A stretch of DNA of 55,116 nucleotides, filler included, from Catajapyx aquilonaris (lineage: Eukaryota), in assembly GCA_000934665.2 (NCBI GenBank). It is 4 parts of 4 records of this genome, joined end to end, with 100 filler letters (N's around TTAATTAATTAA, not from the genome) between each part and the next. Parts side by side here need not be neighbours in the genome. Positions count along the whole stretch, not along the records: positions 41,423 to 55,116 come from JYFJ02008013.1; 3 more parts are not named here. One strand, written 5' to 3'. Position 1 is the stretch's first letter; each line of letters starts with the position of its first letter. This document shows, in pieces, positions 51,763-55,116 of this stretch. The position numbers and the translations under genes are program-made. The notes beneath the pieces are model-generated. The model did no database searches. It saw only the letters and a program-made list of their open reading frames with translations, and had not been told where the DNA came from.

Positions 51763-52434
51763 CTCATCGCCTGCCGGGGTGTTTTGCATGAGGTGCTCAC
51801 CTGAGAGTGCCATGAGACCTTTCACGAAGCAATTATGTGGCGACCCTACCGGACTACGGTGAACTTTATAGGTACGAAAGGGAAGCGCTACATGCGGGCC
51901 CAACATGGCCGCGGGCGACCATGTTGGGTCCCCCAATGTAGCGCTTCCCTTTTGTGCTTATAATAATATAATAATAATAATAATTGGATGATAGGCATAC
52001 CCCTAGGGGTTTTCAGCCAGACCTTTATTTTAACGTTGACTTGGTACAACTTTGGGAATCCTATTATTGAAGCGCCCGGGCCCACAGGCAGGATGACAGA
52101 AGGGGATGTGCAAGTGCAGTGCCTTGTCTGAAATGTGGTCGTGTTGTGAGCTCCCCCGGGTGGATTAGTCTGAGGAAATTCCACCCGAGACGAAGTCAGA
52201 GACGACTCATGAACTCTGCATGAGATGAAGGGGGTGTCCCCGGGTTGGGATCGAACCTGGGACCTTAACATCCGTGGGCGCATACGTTACCGCAGCACCA
52301 CTCCGCCTCCCCTGACCTTTTGTGCCTATAAAGTTCAGCATAGTGTGGTAGGGTTGCCACATAATAGCTTCATAAAAGGTCTCATGGCGCTCTCAGGTGA
52401 GCACCTCGTGCAAAACGCCACGGCAGGCGATAAG
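51763..52434. mobile_element. Palindromic MITE interrupted by a SINE
   Basis: ATCGCCTGCCG..GAGGTGCTCACCTGAGAG ... CTCTCAGGTGAGCACCTC..CGGCAGGCGAT; centre near 51913. Confidence 0.8.
51963..52312 (-). mobile_element. tRNA(Arg-like)-derived SINE with (ATT)n tail
   Basis: Near-identical to 47024-47365; flanking duplication CCTTTTGTGC(T/C)TATA. Confidence 0.9.
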
Positions 52435-53253
52435 TGGGAATGTCCAGGCCTTAGTATTCTAAGACCATGCTGCTGATGCTGCTTGTGGATTACCAGGTGA
52501 AATGCACTAGGTATTTGGATTTTCACAGACAACTGAACCTGTAATAATGGTTTTTGATTCAGCAATGGAATACCGTACTGCATGTATTGATGATTATTTT
52601 ATCCTGGTTGTGATCTCCTTCCTACCCATTCTCATGCTCTTACCCTGTAATCCAGCTGGGCCAATTCCAGTTAACTTTGTACTCACTTGTCAGTTTAATT
52701 GGTTTGTATAGTAGAGTACATCTATGTTCATTACGTGACCCTTTACATGCAAACTTAGATCATGTAAAGTTAGTTTGGTGTTAATTTTGTCACTGCTATA
52801 GTTTTCTTGACATTTTCGTTGAAAAACTTAAAGCATATCATGTAACAATGAATTACAGCACTGGACTTATAAATGAAATTATACACAAGAGAGATGACGA
52901 AAATGATTTAAATACTGGTTAGCAAATAGTATCGCATATGAATGAAATTTTGTGACCAAGCCAGGGATTATTTAGAAATAATCTCTGACCAAGCTTAGAG
53001 GGTGAGTGAAATTTAAATGGTTTTAGCAGCTATAATAACAGTGATTTCTTAATAGCTATTGGAGCTACATATGAAGATTATGAAATATCAAGCACTGGGG
53101 CGAGAAATATCAATGGAGGTCAGCATGTATTCAGTATGAAACCTGTATGCAAAGATATCTGCTATATATTTCCCTAGATGCATAACTCGCTATCCCTTTC
53201 CATACAAGCAAAGTGATGCCAATCACTCCCAAAGTAAAGATGCCGTCATCGTT

Positions 53254-53315
53254 ACTTGCTCTGGTCAGTTATATATTTTTATATATTTAAAAATATATAA
53301 CTGACCAGAGCAAGT
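53254..53315. repeat. Perfect 28-bp inverted repeat with 6-nt loop
   Basis: ACTTGCTCTGGTCAGTTATATATTTTTA-TATATT-TAAAAATATATAACTGACCAGAGCAAGT. Confidence 0.9.
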
Positions 53316-53411
53316 TGGCGAATATTAGAGAAGTGGCTCCAACCCTTATCTTGTGGTACCATATTCCAAAGTGCAATCACATGTCCCAGTTGGCCCAGGG
53401 GTGGCCCGAGG

Positions 53412-53557
53412 TACTATGGGACTCAAATTCTTTCGGCCACTTTATCCTGGTCTTGAAGCAACCCTTCTCACAGGCCCCATGGTGAGGAAGTGTATGTTGT
53501 GAAGGGTTGCTTCAAGTCCAGGATAAAGTGGCCAAAAGAATTTGGGTCCCATAGTAC
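53412..53557. mobile_element. Palindromic MITE
   Basis: GTACTATGGGACTCAAATTCTTT ... AAAGAATTTGGGTCCCATAGTAC, ~55-bp arms. Confidence 0.75.
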
Positions 53558-54414
53558 GTACATCCCCTGCATATCAGGCACACCTGTTCCAACCCTGCAT
53601 AGAGCACGTCTGGTAACTTTTTAGGTGTAACTGTAACACACTTTTAGGCTGAAAAGTCCCAAAGAGTAGGCTATGTACAGTCGCGAAAAAAAAAAATCCT
53701 GTATTTCAGAGAATTGTCTATTGTTTGAGACTGGACAAAAAGTGAACTTGAGGCTCTTTTCGATCCAGTGCGCTCAATTTCATGGGAGATGCAGTGCGTC
53801 ATGATCGATCCAAGTGAAAGATGAAACTGACTTGCCAGGGCAGCCGGATGCTATGATGGGAAAGTGTAAAAAATGACAATCTTTATGCCTTTCTCCATCT
53901 ACACGTAGAAAATAAAAGTTATTTTCAGGTATGGTAAGGAACAGAGCTATCGGCAATGAAACTTTGGTATTGTCCCGATGGAGGATTTTCAATATATTTC
54001 CGCCCCGTAGCGGAAACCTGTTCAGTATGGAAAATTTAGAAGTATACGATTAATAATTCCTCGATTTAAATTAATTTCCCAACCATTTTTACGCGATTAA
54101 CTTTGGTAACAATGAAAAATTTTAATGAGGCCTTTCTGTATCACATCTGCTGCCTTTAACAACTCCGTGCGAATTACCTAGTATAATTCTACCTAACTCA
54201 AGCAGACGAAGGACCTTTTTAATTATTACTGCAAGTTGGATACATTGGACAACAAATGACGGTGCCACCAGTTTGGGTGTCCAGGGAACGGTTAATTCAT
54301 TATTATATCCAGTTTACTAGAAAATATAGGTTTGATTCACGTCGTAGTGAGCACAGAATTTTTAGTTTTCCAGCAAATTCTTAGTAGACCCCAACCAAAT
54401 TTTAGATTTTCAAT

Positions 54415-54604
54415 ATGCTGAAGTCCAAGTCTGCCAAATCTATCGGCTACGAGGCAAGGAAATGGTCAAGACCTCGTGTCAGCCATTCGGAAGCAACCAC
54501 CCCCGTGTCTCCCAACCGTTTGGATGACTTCGTGTATGTTTGGCTGGACTCACTCCCTCTGGAAACGAAGAAGAAGAGTTTGGCAAGAGAGTTTAGCGAT
54601 GGGC
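54415..54604 (+). CDS. SPEF1: SPEF1/CLAMP-like CH-domain protein, first coding exon
   Basis: VYVWLDSLPLETKKKSLAREFSDG resembles SPEF1 LYLWVDNIPLSRPKRNLSRDFSDG; GTAAGT donor at 54605. Confidence 0.72.
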
Positions 54605-55116
54605 GTAAGTATAGATAGAAATTCTATTGTAGGGTGATGTCACCTATATCCTCCTGAGACCTGTCTCAGGAGAGGTCTCAGGAGGTTAAATTTTTTTTAT
54701 TATTATTATTGCGAAAATGCATATATCTTAAGTTGACATCACCCACCACATGTTTTGGTGAAACGGAAGATGTGTAGGTCAGTAGGTGGAACAATCTGCC
54801 TGTACGAGATCAGGCGAATATCCAAAACAGCGTAAGGGAAAAGGGCGAATATCCCAGGTGCTAAGGGACATTCGACGCAAACTTTGTATTTTGTGATAAA
54901 AGTGTGAAACTTGGTACTCTCGTTCTTTGAACACCTCGGAGCATATTTTTGGACGTGGGCCCACGCTGGGTGACCCCACCGGAGGTCACTTTCGTAGGGT
55001 TTCCAAATTTAACAGGTGCAGCAGGCTGGTTCCATTTCAATCCAGACGGTGGGTGCCCAGTCATGGTCTTCGATTTTTTTTAAAAAAATATATGTGAAAC
55101 CCACATCCAATTGAAC

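Overview
Animal (probably arthropod) genomic DNA. It is not one locus: four unrelated ~13.7-kb contigs (1-13710, 13811-27517, 27618-41322, 41423-55116) are joined by artificial 100-nt N44-TTAATTAATTAA-N44 spacers. Contig 1 is a near-complete, apparently young Ty3/Gypsy LTR retrotransposon on the minus strand (901-bp 5' LTR, tRNA-Trp PBS, gag with three zinc knuckles, -1 frameshift into an intact PR-RT-RH-IN pol, PPT, start of 3' LTR). It carries an unusual 6.4-kb 3' region; in the env position I read a frameshift-riddled relic of a signal peptide-CUB-Sushi/CCP protein. Contig 2 is a shuffled ankyrin/TPR gene cluster, including an ankyrin protein fused to an eIF2alpha-kinase-like pseudokinase, plus a THAP gene. 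Contig 3 has a clan-2 cytochrome P450 5' end, a secreted coiled-coil-FN3-fibrinogen gene whose FReD lacks its middle, a frameshifted TAF1B, and long-TIR elements. Contig 4 has the LSM14/Tral 3' exons, a SPEF1-like first exon, and many fold-back/MITE elements with nested tRNA-derived SINEs. All calls are by-eye motif recognition; no database searches were run.
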